This document shows positions 9,632 to 18,594 of a stretch of 64,000 nt of DNA, in pieces (within the stretch, counting starts at the first letter, position 1; each line of letters begins with the position of its first letter). The notes beneath the pieces are model-generated. The model did no database searches and was not told where the DNA came from. It saw only the letters and a program-made list of their open reading frames with translations. A program made the translations under genes and the position numbers. Origin of the DNA: an uncultured Thermococci archaeon (GTDB taxonomy: Archaea > CAYQAE01 > CAYVLA01); the NCBI GenBank assembly GCA_964549615.1, contig CAZJVP010000104.1:1-64000 (forward strand), read 5' to 3'.

Positions 9632-10825
9632 ATGAAAATGTTCGCGCAATCAGGTGGCATGCCGGTTCTGGAGGCCCGTGCTGCAGATCGGACTGCAAGA
9701 CGGGTGTATGAAACATATATCTCAAGACCCGGCGATCCCCCTTCTGAGGTCGGGGAGGCAGAGTTGTCTGAGGGTCGATCGGAGGCTAGGGGTCGGCGGC
9801 TGACGGCGCAGGAACTCAGGCGTCGCATAGCCGAACTGCGGAAGCCGATTCTGGAACCCAAGCCGGTTCCCCGCCCCTCGTTTTGGACCAGACATGATCG
9901 CATGTTTCACGGGAAAGGAGTGGTCCATTACGCGGTCTTGGACACCGGGGGCTGCCGCTGGGCGGCCGATTCAGGGGGGTGCGCCATGTGTGGGTTCATC
10001 GCGGACACCTGCATGCGCGAGGTGAGCCCAGCCGAGATAGTGCAGCAGGTCGAGCAGATCGTCCTGCACATTGAAAGATCGAAGGGCCCTTTCGGCCTCA
10101 GGATATTCACATCAGGTAGCTTTCTGGATGATCGCGAGATCCCGGCCGATGTTCGGCAGGAGGTGTTGCGCAAGCTCGGCGCGGTGGAGGGCCTCGCCGA
10201 GTTAACAGTGGAGTCCAGGCCGGAGCATGTGGACAGCGGGACCGTCTCGGAGCTTCGAGAACATTTGGCGGGCGTGGAAATCGAGGTTGCCATAGGCCTC
10301 GAGAGTTCGAGCGATCGCGTGAGAGATGAGTGCATCGGCAAGGGGTTCACATTCCGTGAGTTCCAACGCGCGTGCGAGTGCATCAAGTCTGAGGGCGCAA
10401 GGAGCAAGGCATACGTGCTGCTGAAGCCTCCTTTTCTGAGCGAGTTCGATTCTTGGTACGATGCCGTCCAGACGATCAAGGACGTCGCAGGGACGGTCGA
10501 CTCTGTGTCGGTTAATGCGTGCAACGTTCAGAAGGGCACCCTTGTGGAGGAGCTGTTTAAGGCGAACGAGTACAGGCCCCCATGGATCTGGACGGTGATG
10601 GAGGTTCTTAGAGAGGCTAAGCGGACGATGCCGGGCGGGAGCAACGTGATCTGCGATACGGTGGCCTTCGGAACCACTCGGGGGCCTCACAACTGCAGGA
10701 GGTGCGACAGGAAGGCAACAGCGATGGTCCGCCTCTTCTCCCTCGCGCAAGATGCTCGCGCTCTGGAAGGCCTTGAATGTCCATGTCGGGCCGAATGGGC
10801 CAAAATATATAACTACCACTTCTAG
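9632..10825 (+). CDS. archaeosine biosynthesis radical SAM enzyme RaSEA
   Basis: GCRW...GGCAMCGF, IFTSGSFLD, VESRPE, AIGLES, YVLLKPPFLSE, YRPPWIWT, RGPHNCRRCD...CPC; the true start is probably downstream of 9632. Confidence 0.85.
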   Translation: MKMFAQSGGMPVLEARAADRTARRVYETYISRPGDPPSEVGEAELSEGRSEARGRRLTAQELRRRIAELRKPILEPKPVPRPSFWTRHDRMFHGKGVVHYAVLDTGGCRWAADSGGCAMCGFIADTCMREVSPAEIVQQVEQIVLHIERSKGPFGLRIFTSGSFLDDREIPADVRQEVLRKLGAVEGLAELTVESRPEHVDSGTVSELREHLAGVEIEVAIGLESSSDRVRDECIGKGFTFREFQRACECIKSEGARSKAYVLLKPPFLSEFDSWYDAVQTIKDVAGTVDSVSVNACNVQKGTLVEELFKANEYRPPWIWTVMEVLREAKRTMPGGSNVICDTVAFGTTRGPHNCRRCDRKATAMVRLFSLAQDARALEGLECPCRAEWAKIYNYHF

Positions 10826-10847
10826 TCATATAGGTCATTATAAGAGG

Positions 10848-11951
10848 GTGCTCTTGGAGAGGAGGAGGGTTCAGCTCATAGGGGGCTCGACTTACGTAGT
10901 CTCGCTTCCGAAGAAGTGGGTGAGGAGGGTCGGGATCGGTAAGAGCGCCGAGGTTGCGATGCTGGACCAGCGCGACGGGACCTTGGTTCTCGTCCCTAGG
11001 CCCGAGTCGCTGGCCGGAAACAGGGATGCCAACGTGAGCGTGAGCCCGCGGACCCCAGCCCGGTGGCTGGCTAGGGCAATGATATCGAGTTACCTGAACG
11101 GCTTTGATAGGATAAACGTCATCTGCCGCGGCGGGAAGCTCACCCCTGCACAGGTCAGCGAGCTGAAAAAGGTCGAGCGCAAGCTGGTGGGGTTGGAGAC
11201 GGCGGAGGAATCGGAGAGCAAGCTGGTTCTGGAGAGCATGCTCAACGTTGAGGATCTCGAACCCTGGAAAGGGATCGCCAGGATCCACATGATTGCTTCC
11301 CTCATGCAGAGAGAGGCGATCGAGGCCTTGATCTCTCGCGACCCTTCGATCGCAGACAACGCGATCAGACGGGACGACGATGTTGATCGACTCTACTTCC
11401 TGGGATTGAGGCAGCTGCGGCAGGCGGCCTCGAACCCGGCGATTGCCTTGAGGCTCGGGCTGACGCCGACGGAATGCTTGGACCTGCAGTCCGTCATAAA
11501 GAGGATAGAACACATTGCCGATCATGCCGAAAGCATCGCCCTCCACGTTAGGCAGCTTGTGGGGAACCTCACGAACGGGGAACTCATTGAGGAGCTTGCG
11601 AAGATTAGCCGAATGGCCCAGGAGATCCACGAAGGTGCGGTGCGAGCCCTGACCGAGGGGGACTTGGGCCTCGCCAACGGCGTTGTGAATCAGAGGGCGA
11701 AGATGAAGGAGCTATGTTCTTGCGTCAAGAAGAAGCTCCACGAGGTGGACGTGTCAATCAACGTTAGGGTCAATAGCATCGTCGAAAGTCTGGAAAGAAT
11801 AGCGGACTACGGCACCGACATCGCCGAGGTGGCCATAAACCGATCCGTTGCCGACTGTGCCACTCAGGGCAGGATTGGGCCGCCTAGGGGAAGCAATTCG
11901 GACAGGCCGGGCATCGGGCGGGGGCTCAGCCCGCCGGGATCTAGCTTATGA
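10848..11951 (+). CDS. phoU: phosphate uptake regulator (AbrB-like N-terminus plus PhoU domains)
   Basis: RRVQLIGGSTYVVSLPKKWV, RDDDVDRLY, IEHIADHA, LERIADYGTDIAE. Confidence 0.88.
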   Translation: MLLERRRVQLIGGSTYVVSLPKKWVRRVGIGKSAEVAMLDQRDGTLVLVPRPESLAGNRDANVSVSPRTPARWLARAMISSYLNGFDRINVICRGGKLTPAQVSELKKVERKLVGLETAEESESKLVLESMLNVEDLEPWKGIARIHMIASLMQREAIEALISRDPSIADNAIRRDDDVDRLYFLGLRQLRQAASNPAIALRLGLTPTECLDLQSVIKRIEHIADHAESIALHVRQLVGNLTNGELIEELAKISRMAQEIHEGAVRALTEGDLGLANGVVNQRAKMKELCSCVKKKLHEVDVSINVRVNSIVESLERIADYGTDIAEVAINRSVADCATQGRIGPPRGSNSDRPGIGRGLSPPGSSL

Positions 11952-12600
11952 TGGTGCCTATCTTCTCCCCGCGAAGGACCTTTCGCAGCCTCGCGGGATC
12001 TCTACCGTTCAGCACCACAGCAGGGATGTGAGATCTCTTGAGCACTTCGAGACACATGCGATCAAGGATCCCGTAGCTGCCCGGTTTGCCCAGCGTCGAG
12101 ATGCCTAGAGCATCATCGTAGCTCATGTGATGTATCATCCGAGCCTTGGCGTCGACATCGGGATCTGCCGTGTAGACGCCGTCGACGTCGGTCATCTTGA
12201 CGAATAGACTCGCTCCGATCGCCTCCGCCAGCAATGCCGTGTTGGCGTCGGTGCTTCTGCCAGGCCTTATCCCGCCGACAACGAGTATCCGGCTTCTGAC
12301 GTCCTTCTTCACCGAAAGGAGTGAGCCCTCATCCAAGATCGCCCGCCCCCCGAGCACGGAGGCAAGGAGCTTGACGTTCGGCTTCATTAGGTCTATGACG
12401 AGATTCTCGGCTTCCACGGGCCCCACAAGGGGAAGGATGGATTCGAGGTACCTGCGCGCAAGGCGCCCGCCTCCTATCCCCACGACCAGCTTCTGGAGAT
12501 CGGCTTCCCTCACGACTTGAGCGAACTTGCAGAGGTATTCGCCGTTCGGACCACTCTCACCTACGGCTATGGAGCCACCGATCTTGACCGCGAGTCTCAA
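11941..12600 (-). CDS. pyrH: uridylate kinase, archaeal type
   Basis: VKIGGS, GGGRLARRY, GGIRPGRSTDANTALLAE, TDVDGVYTADP. Confidence 0.85.
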   Translation of the reverse strand: MRLAVKIGGSIAVGESGPNGEYLCKFAQVVREADLQKLVVGIGGGRLARRYLESILPLVGPVEAENLVIDLMKPNVKLLASVLGGRAILDEGSLLSVKKDVRSRILVVGGIRPGRSTDANTALLAEAIGASLFVKMTDVDGVYTADPDVDAKARMIHHMSYDDALGISTLGKPGSYGILDRMCLEVLKRSHIPAVVLNGRDPARLRKVLRGEKIGTIIS

Positions 12601-12789
12601 TTATATCTCCGCCGAAGGACGTCATCGCGCCCGGAGATATGTCTATCGCACGGCCGGAGCCCCAGGGCATGCACATTTTTGCAGGACGGGAAAAATAGGC
12701 GCCTTTGTCTGCAGATCCGACGGTTGCAATCACAAATACTGCGGCAAGAACCGAAATATTATTATGTTCCGGGAGCATTTTGCGATCAG

Positions 12790-13098
12790 ATGACGTCGGA
12801 AGTGCTCTCCGGCCTCCCGGTTTTGGGCGGTTGGGGCGTGGTGGGCTTCGCCTTCGGATTCGTCGTGAAGAAGATCCTGAAGTTCATATTGATATTCGTG
12901 GGCGTCTACGTTGCAAGCCTGCTGTACTTGCAACAGGCAGGCTGGATAACTTTCAACGGCAGTCCCGAACGCTTGGTCAACAGCATAACCAGCTTCCTCG
13001 CTAGGGAGGGCGGCAAGCTGTGGGCTGGCGCGGGGGCATCGCTTGCTCTGGTGGGCGCCTTTGGAGTAGGTGCATCGCTGGGATTCGCGAAGGGCTAG
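12790..13098 (+). CDS. FUN14-domain membrane protein
   Basis: GVVGFAFGFVVKKILK...SLLYLQQAGWITFN...GAFGVGASLGF; TATA-like CGAAATATTATTAT at about 12752-12765. Confidence 0.75.
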   Translation: MTSEVLSGLPVLGGWGVVGFAFGFVVKKILKFILIFVGVYVASLLYLQQAGWITFNGSPERLVNSITSFLAREGGKLWAGAGASLALVGAFGVGASLGFAKG

Positions 13099-13211
13099 CG
13101 ATACACCGAGACATGGTTTGATCACTAAGGTTTTCTCCGCGTCCCGATTACCGATGGGGGTAAGCTTTTTGAACAAATGGCGGCCCCGCTACCGTCGGAG
13201 CGTCAGCCTCG

Positions 13212-13448
13212 ATGGAAGACTCATCTCAAGGTCCCTTTGAAGATGCCGACCTTAGGTATGCATGTCCGACATGCAGAAGGATCTTCACCAAACCGACGTC
13301 CAATTGGCTTTGCCCCTCATGCAAGGGGACGCTCCGGGTTCTCGGTGCCCTGCGGCTCCGCGACAAGAGACGCGGCTTGCCCCGGGACGAGGATCTGAGC
13401 GAGGAGGAGCTGGAATCCGACGAAGAGGAGGATTCAGCGTATCAGTAG
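13212..13448 (+). CDS. small zinc-ribbon protein with acidic tail
   Basis: YACPTC-x12-CPSCKG followed by a D/E-rich C-terminus. Confidence 0.6.
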   Translation: MEDSSQGPFEDADLRYACPTCRRIFTKPTSNWLCPSCKGTLRVLGALRLRDKRRGLPRDEDLSEEELESDEEEDSAYQ

Positions 13449-13673
13449 CACTCGGCGTTGGAACGGAAAATAGGCAGGATGCAGGCCGCCCGCGCAAGTT
13501 TTTGCGAAAGTCCGCCGAGGTTGCTTGCTCGGGACGGCGAACGGGGCCCATCTCATTCGACCGGCGGCCAAGAAAGCTGAAGTTCCGCTGGAGAGGATGA
13601 GACTTGAGTAGTTCCAAAGGGCCGCGGGCTTAGAGGGCTTGAGGAGAGAGGCGTTCGCGAGAAGCGCTCCGGA

Positions 13674-16600
13674 CTACTGTTCCGTTGCGGATGCCCAATC
13701 TCTCGCGTTCTGGAACAACTTGAGCCAGGGTGAGGCTTTGAGGGATCTCTTGAGTTGTTCGGGCATCCAGCCCCACTGCCACTTCAGGAAAGTTCTTTCG
13801 GGATGGGGCATCATGGCTAGGTGGCGTCCGTCCTTCGAGCAGAGGGCAGTGATCCCGTCCGGCGAGCCATTCGGGTTGAACGGATACTCTTGCGTTATCC
13901 TGTTCTGGTCGTCAACGTACCTTATTGGAGCCAGGTTATTCTCCTTGACCTTGCCTAGGATCTCTGGGTCGGGGAAGTAGGCCCGGCCCTCACCGTGCGC
14001 GACCCATATGCCAAGCGTTGAGCCCTCCATGCCGCGAAGCATGATCGAAGGGCTTGGAAGAATCTTGACGGAGACGAAGCGGGACTCAAACCGCCCGGAC
14101 TCGTTTCGGATGAATCTCGGCTGCCTGTCGTCCGGTATGCCGGGCCATGGCACCCAACCGAGGAGCGCCATGAGCTGGCAACCGTTGCATACGCCCAAGC
14201 TGAACGTGTCGGGCCGCTCGTAGAATGCTTGGAACTGGCTGAGGAGCCCTCGGTTGAACCGGATCACGCCCGCCCACCCCTTCGCCGAGTCGAGGACGTC
14301 GGCGTAGCTGAAACCACCCACGAAGGCAACGCCGCGGAAATCGCCCAGATCGACTCGGCCGTCGAGCAGATCGGTCATCGTAACGTCCCAAGGCTCGAAG
14401 CCCGCAAGGTAGAATGCCGAGGCCATCTCGCGGTCGCCGTTACTTCCTTCCTCCCGGATTATTGCGACCTTGGGCTTGTCAGGGCATCCGAGCAGCTCGT
14501 CGGGAGTCATCTGCGGGTTGAAGGTCAATTTGAAATTCGGGCCCGTTCGCGTTCGCAGGCCCATCCGTTCTTGTTCGACACAACGCGGGTTGGCCTGCAG
14601 ACGTTCGATCTGGTAGCTGGTGGCCTCCCACACATCTCGAAGGTCCGCGATGTCCTCATCCAAGACCGTTTGCCCGCCAAACCGGACTTGGAATCGCCTC
14701 TGGCAGGTGCGCCCTATGATCTCGTGAGGAATCCTAGCGTCTTGCAGGATCTTCGTCACCTTCGGTTGGGCTGCCGGAAGGATCTCGAGCGCCATGCCGA
14801 GTTCCTCGGAGAAAAGGATGGCGATCACATCGGAGGGCTTCCCCGCCCTTGGAAATTCGATCTCCATTCCGCAGTTCCCGGCGAATGCCATCTCCAGAAG
14901 GGTCGTGATGAGCCCGCCGTCGCTGCGATCGTGGCCGGCCGTGATCAGCCCTTCGCGGACGAGGCGCTGGACGGCCTCGAACGCACGTTTCAGAAGGTCG
15001 GGGTCGTCCACATCGGGGGGCGATTCTCCGACCTGGCCGTATACATGGGCGAGGGCTGATCCACCGAGTCTGTTGCGTCCGAGACCCAGATCGATGTAGA
15101 CGATTCTGCTCTTGCCTGGGTATTTTATGTCGGGTGTTACAGTCTTGGTGATGTCGGGGCAGGTGACGTATGCGGAAATCGTGAGCGAACCTGGGGCCTT
15201 GACCGTCTCGAACCCGCCGTCGGGCAGTGGTACCCTGGCTGCCATGGAGAGGCTGTCCTTGCCCCCATCGATCGCTATTCCCAGCTTGATCAAGATGTCG
15301 TGCACGGCCACGGCCGCGTCGTACATCGCGGCGCCCTCGCCCGGAAGCTTGGCGGCCCACATCCAGTTCCCGGAGCATTTCACGTCCTGAAGCTGTGAGA
15401 CTTGGGCCCATACTAGATTGGTCAAGGCCTCGCCAACGGACATGCGGGCCATCGCAGCCGGGTCCAGCAAACCCTTGATCGGCTGCTCGCCGATGGAAAT
15501 GGCCGCGCCCGTGGTCACGAAATGGCTCTGCGCTATGACAGCCACATCCGAGACGGTCAGCTGCAGGGGGCCGGTGCACTGTTGCTGGGCGACCAAACCT
15601 GTGACGCTCCTGTCGACCTTGTTGGTGAGGAATCGCTTCGACCCCACTGAGAGCAGCCTTAGAACCCTCTCCAGCGCGTCCCTCACGGTGAGATCGGGCG
15701 GGAGCGCAAGTGGTTCCAACCTTCTTGGCAGGCGTTCGAGGTGGAAAACCTTCCTCGGCATATGTCCCAGGACCTTCTCGAGCTCCAGGTCAACCGGCGT
15801 TGATCCGTCTCGCTCGTCGTAGAGGACGATGCGGCCGTCACCAGTTATGTGTCCTATGATAGCCATCGGAACCTTCTCACGGTCGCACAGTTCCTGAAAC
15901 AGCCCGACGTCCTCCGGCCTCAGTAGGACGGCGTCCTGCTCCTGGTATTCAGCACCCCAGATCTCGAGGACCGAGAGAGTCTCGTCCCCGAGCAGTATCT
16001 TTCGGATCTCGATTCTCGCTCCCGCAGGGCTCACTATCTCCTTGACAACGTTGCAGTTGCCTCCCGCGCCCTGGTCATGGATACTGACGATGGGGTTGCG
16101 GCTTCCCATCTCGACGCAGGCCCGGATGACGCGGTTGACCTTCTGCTCCATCTCGGCGTCCCCGCGCTGCACCGCGTTGAAGTCAAGCTCGGCGGGGTTC
16201 TCTCCTTGAATCATGCTCGACGCGGCCCCGCCGCCTATCCCGATCCTGTAGGCGGGACCTCCGATCTTGACGACCAGCATGCCTTTTTCGGGCGTACCTT
16301 TCTCTACGTGCCTGGCGTCAATCTGTCCGACCCCGCCGGTGAACATGATGGGCTTCACCCATTCCCGGCGTTCGCCACCCGGAAGCACCAGCCCGAATGA
16401 GCGGGTGTAGCCCTGTATGACGGGCTCGCCGAACTTGTTCCCGTAGTCCGACGCTCCGTTGCTCGCCTCGATCTCGATCTGAAGGGGGGACGCCAGGTTG
16501 CCCGGGTATCGGAAGTTCAGGTCCTCCCATGGAAGCGGATAGCCAGGTATTCGAAGGTTACCGACGCAGTAACCCGTCGTCCCGGCGACGACCAAGGACC

Positions 16601-17627
16601 CTGTGCCGGTCGCATGCGTGTCTCTTATGCGCCCCCCGGTTCCCGTCTCTGCACCGGGAAAAGGAGCCACGCCCGTCGGGAAGTTGTGGGTCTCGGCCGT
16701 AAAGAGGATGCAGTAGTCCGGGTTGGACTCGACGAAACGGCAGGGCCTACCCGGATTCTCAGGCAGGATGGTCCGGATCCGATAGCCCCTTATCGCGCTG
16801 GAGTTGTCCTTGAATGCGATGATGCTGTTTGCCGGATTCGAGCGGAGGGGACCTTTCACCAGATCCATCAAGGAGTGCGGTGCCTCGACGCCGTCGATGA
16901 AGAGACGTCCCTTGAAGAACCAGTGCCTGGAGTGCTCGCTGTTCGACTGTGCGATGTCGAAGCACTCGACATTTGTCGGGTTGCGGCCCATCTCCTGGAA
17001 GAGTCTGGAATAGTAATCTATGTCCCACTCATCGAACGCCAGGCCCATCTGCCTGTTGATGCGTTCAAGCGCCACCCTGCCCTCCTGCAGCAACGGTATG
17101 TGGAAAACCGGTTCAGGTTTCATGCCCGTGTCGAAGGTCTCAAGCGGCGTGGGATAGGGGCACTCCGTCATCCTGTCGTGGATCATATCGAGGATCGCTT
17201 TCCTTTCGTCCGCGGTCAAGGGCCGGGTTGTGTCTGGGAGGTACCTTCTGGAACGCTCGATGCGCTTCACCTTAGACAGGCCACAGGCGTGGCATATGGC
17301 GACGGCGTTGGTGGACCAAGCTGTTGTGAAGTTCATCCTCGGCCCGACCTCGAGGACCTCTCCCCTGCCCTCTAGGAAGCTGGCGTGCCCAGTCCTATCC
17401 GGTTCAAACGTTTCGGCGAGAAGCCACATAAGCTTGGCGGATTCCTTTGGCGAAAGCGGTTCATCCAGAAGCACGTTGAAGCAATACTCGGTCTCGATAT
17501 CCCTGATGACGCCTCCGCCAACCTCGTGCAACTTCCTTACTAGGTCGGCTTTCTGCGCGGCGGTCAGCGCCGGGGTGCGGTAGATGTGGAGGATTCCCAC
17601 GGCAATCCGCTGGAGGGGCTGCCTCAT
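13674..17627 (-). CDS. purL: phosphoribosylformylglycinamidine synthase, large single-chain type
   Basis: 1317 aa; NSEHSRH, ETHNFPT, GGRIRD, SIHDQGAGG, DGGKDSLSM, HDRSDGG, and fused glutaminase GVCNGCQ...MPHPER. Confidence 0.97.
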   Translation of the reverse strand: MRQPLQRIAVGILHIYRTPALTAAQKADLVRKLHEVGGGVIRDIETEYCFNVLLDEPLSPKESAKLMWLLAETFEPDRTGHASFLEGRGEVLEVGPRMNFTTAWSTNAVAICHACGLSKVKRIERSRRYLPDTTRPLTADERKAILDMIHDRMTECPYPTPLETFDTGMKPEPVFHIPLLQEGRVALERINRQMGLAFDEWDIDYYSRLFQEMGRNPTNVECFDIAQSNSEHSRHWFFKGRLFIDGVEAPHSLMDLVKGPLRSNPANSIIAFKDNSSAIRGYRIRTILPENPGRPCRFVESNPDYCILFTAETHNFPTGVAPFPGAETGTGGRIRDTHATGTGSLVVAGTTGYCVGNLRIPGYPLPWEDLNFRYPGNLASPLQIEIEASNGASDYGNKFGEPVIQGYTRSFGLVLPGGERREWVKPIMFTGGVGQIDARHVEKGTPEKGMLVVKIGGPAYRIGIGGGAASSMIQGENPAELDFNAVQRGDAEMEQKVNRVIRACVEMGSRNPIVSIHDQGAGGNCNVVKEIVSPAGARIEIRKILLGDETLSVLEIWGAEYQEQDAVLLRPEDVGLFQELCDREKVPMAIIGHITGDGRIVLYDERDGSTPVDLELEKVLGHMPRKVFHLERLPRRLEPLALPPDLTVRDALERVLRLLSVGSKRFLTNKVDRSVTGLVAQQQCTGPLQLTVSDVAVIAQSHFVTTGAAISIGEQPIKGLLDPAAMARMSVGEALTNLVWAQVSQLQDVKCSGNWMWAAKLPGEGAAMYDAAVAVHDILIKLGIAIDGGKDSLSMAARVPLPDGGFETVKAPGSLTISAYVTCPDITKTVTPDIKYPGKSRIVYIDLGLGRNRLGGSALAHVYGQVGESPPDVDDPDLLKRAFEAVQRLVREGLITAGHDRSDGGLITTLLEMAFAGNCGMEIEFPRAGKPSDVIAILFSEELGMALEILPAAQPKVTKILQDARIPHEIIGRTCQRRFQVRFGGQTVLDEDIADLRDVWEATSYQIERLQANPRCVEQERMGLRTRTGPNFKLTFNPQMTPDELLGCPDKPKVAIIREEGSNGDREMASAFYLAGFEPWDVTMTDLLDGRVDLGDFRGVAFVGGFSYADVLDSAKGWAGVIRFNRGLLSQFQAFYERPDTFSLGVCNGCQLMALLGWVPWPGIPDDRQPRFIRNESGRFESRFVSVKILPSPSIMLRGMEGSTLGIWVAHGEGRAYFPDPEILGKVKENNLAPIRYVDDQNRITQEYPFNPNGSPDGITALCSKDGRHLAMMPHPERTFLKWQWGWMPEQLKRSLKASPWLKLFQNARDWASATEQ

Positions 17628-17772
17628 AAGGCTTACCTCGTTTCCCGTTGCTTTCCCCCCCTCCGCGTGCAGGCGCCTTCCAAAGGGACTTGTGCCGAAG
17701 AAGTGCCTCCGACCTTCGGAGGAAATTCAGTTTTATCGGACGTTGTCATCGGCGAAGCCGGTGTGATGTGTC

Positions 17773-18594
17773 TTGCCGCCCAGGGTGGCGATTGTGAAAG
17801 GCGAAAGGTCCCACGAAACCGTGTTCAAGGCCTTGGAGCTCGCTGGCGGAGTCCGCCACTTGGTTGGCAAACCGGTTTTGATCAAGGTGAATTTCATCTG
17901 CCGCGAGACCTGGGAGTCGGGGGCCACCACCGATCCCCTCTTGGTGGAGGCGTTGATTCGCGCCGTCGCCAAGGTCAACCAGGACATCACAGTCGTGGAA
18001 AGCGACGCCAATATGACCAATGCTGACGAGGCGGCGGCAGCAACCGGAATGCTTGACGTGTGCCGCAGGAACGGCGTGGCGTTCAGGAACCTGATCAGGG
18101 AAAAAGACCGGGTGGTTCTCAGGCCCAGCCACGCTGAGGCGCTGAAGGCCATCCGCGTACCGAGGATCGTGGCAGAGAGCCATATCGTCAATGCCGCCAA
18201 GCTTAAGACGCACAAGACCACCATCGTTACCCTCGGGATGAAGAACATGTTTGGGCTTCTCCCCAACAAGTGGAAGTTCAGGTACCACCGGAAGGGGATC
18301 AACAAGGTGATCGTGGACATAAACAGCGTGCTTTCGCCGTCCCTGGTCGTGATCGACGGCTTCGTCGGCATGGAAGGCCCCGGCCCGGTTGGGGGCATGC
18401 CCGTGAAAATGGACCTCGTCATCGCGGGGCGGGACGTTGTCGCCACGGACATCGTCGGCACGACCGTCATGGGCTTCGATCCAAAGACCATCCCGCACAT
18501 ACGCAAGGCGGTAGAGCGGGGCCTTGGCACTTGGGACTACGAGGTCGTCGGGGACGCGATAGGGGATGTCCGGAGGAACTTCATCCCGCCTTAG
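17773..18594 (+). CDS. DUF362 domain protein
   Basis: VLIKVNF, GATTDPLLVEAL, NAAKLKTH, TLGMKNMFG, IDGFVGMEGPGP, DVVATD. Confidence 0.85.
   Translation: MPPRVAIVKGERSHETVFKALELAGGVRHLVGKPVLIKVNFICRETWESGATTDPLLVEALIRAVAKVNQDITVVESDANMTNADEAAAATGMLDVCRRNGVAFRNLIREKDRVVLRPSHAEALKAIRVPRIVAESHIVNAAKLKTHKTTIVTLGMKNMFGLLPNKWKFRYHRKGINKVIVDINSVLSPSLVVIDGFVGMEGPGPVGGMPVKMDLVIAGRDVVATDIVGTTVMGFDPKTIPHIRKAVERGLGTWDYEVVGDAIGDVRRNFIPP

Noticed and set aside
17706-17722. CCTCCGA-CCT-TCGGAGG hairpin upstream of purL as a purine riboswitch
   Set aside because: A single 7-bp stem with no aptamer consensus; insufficient support.
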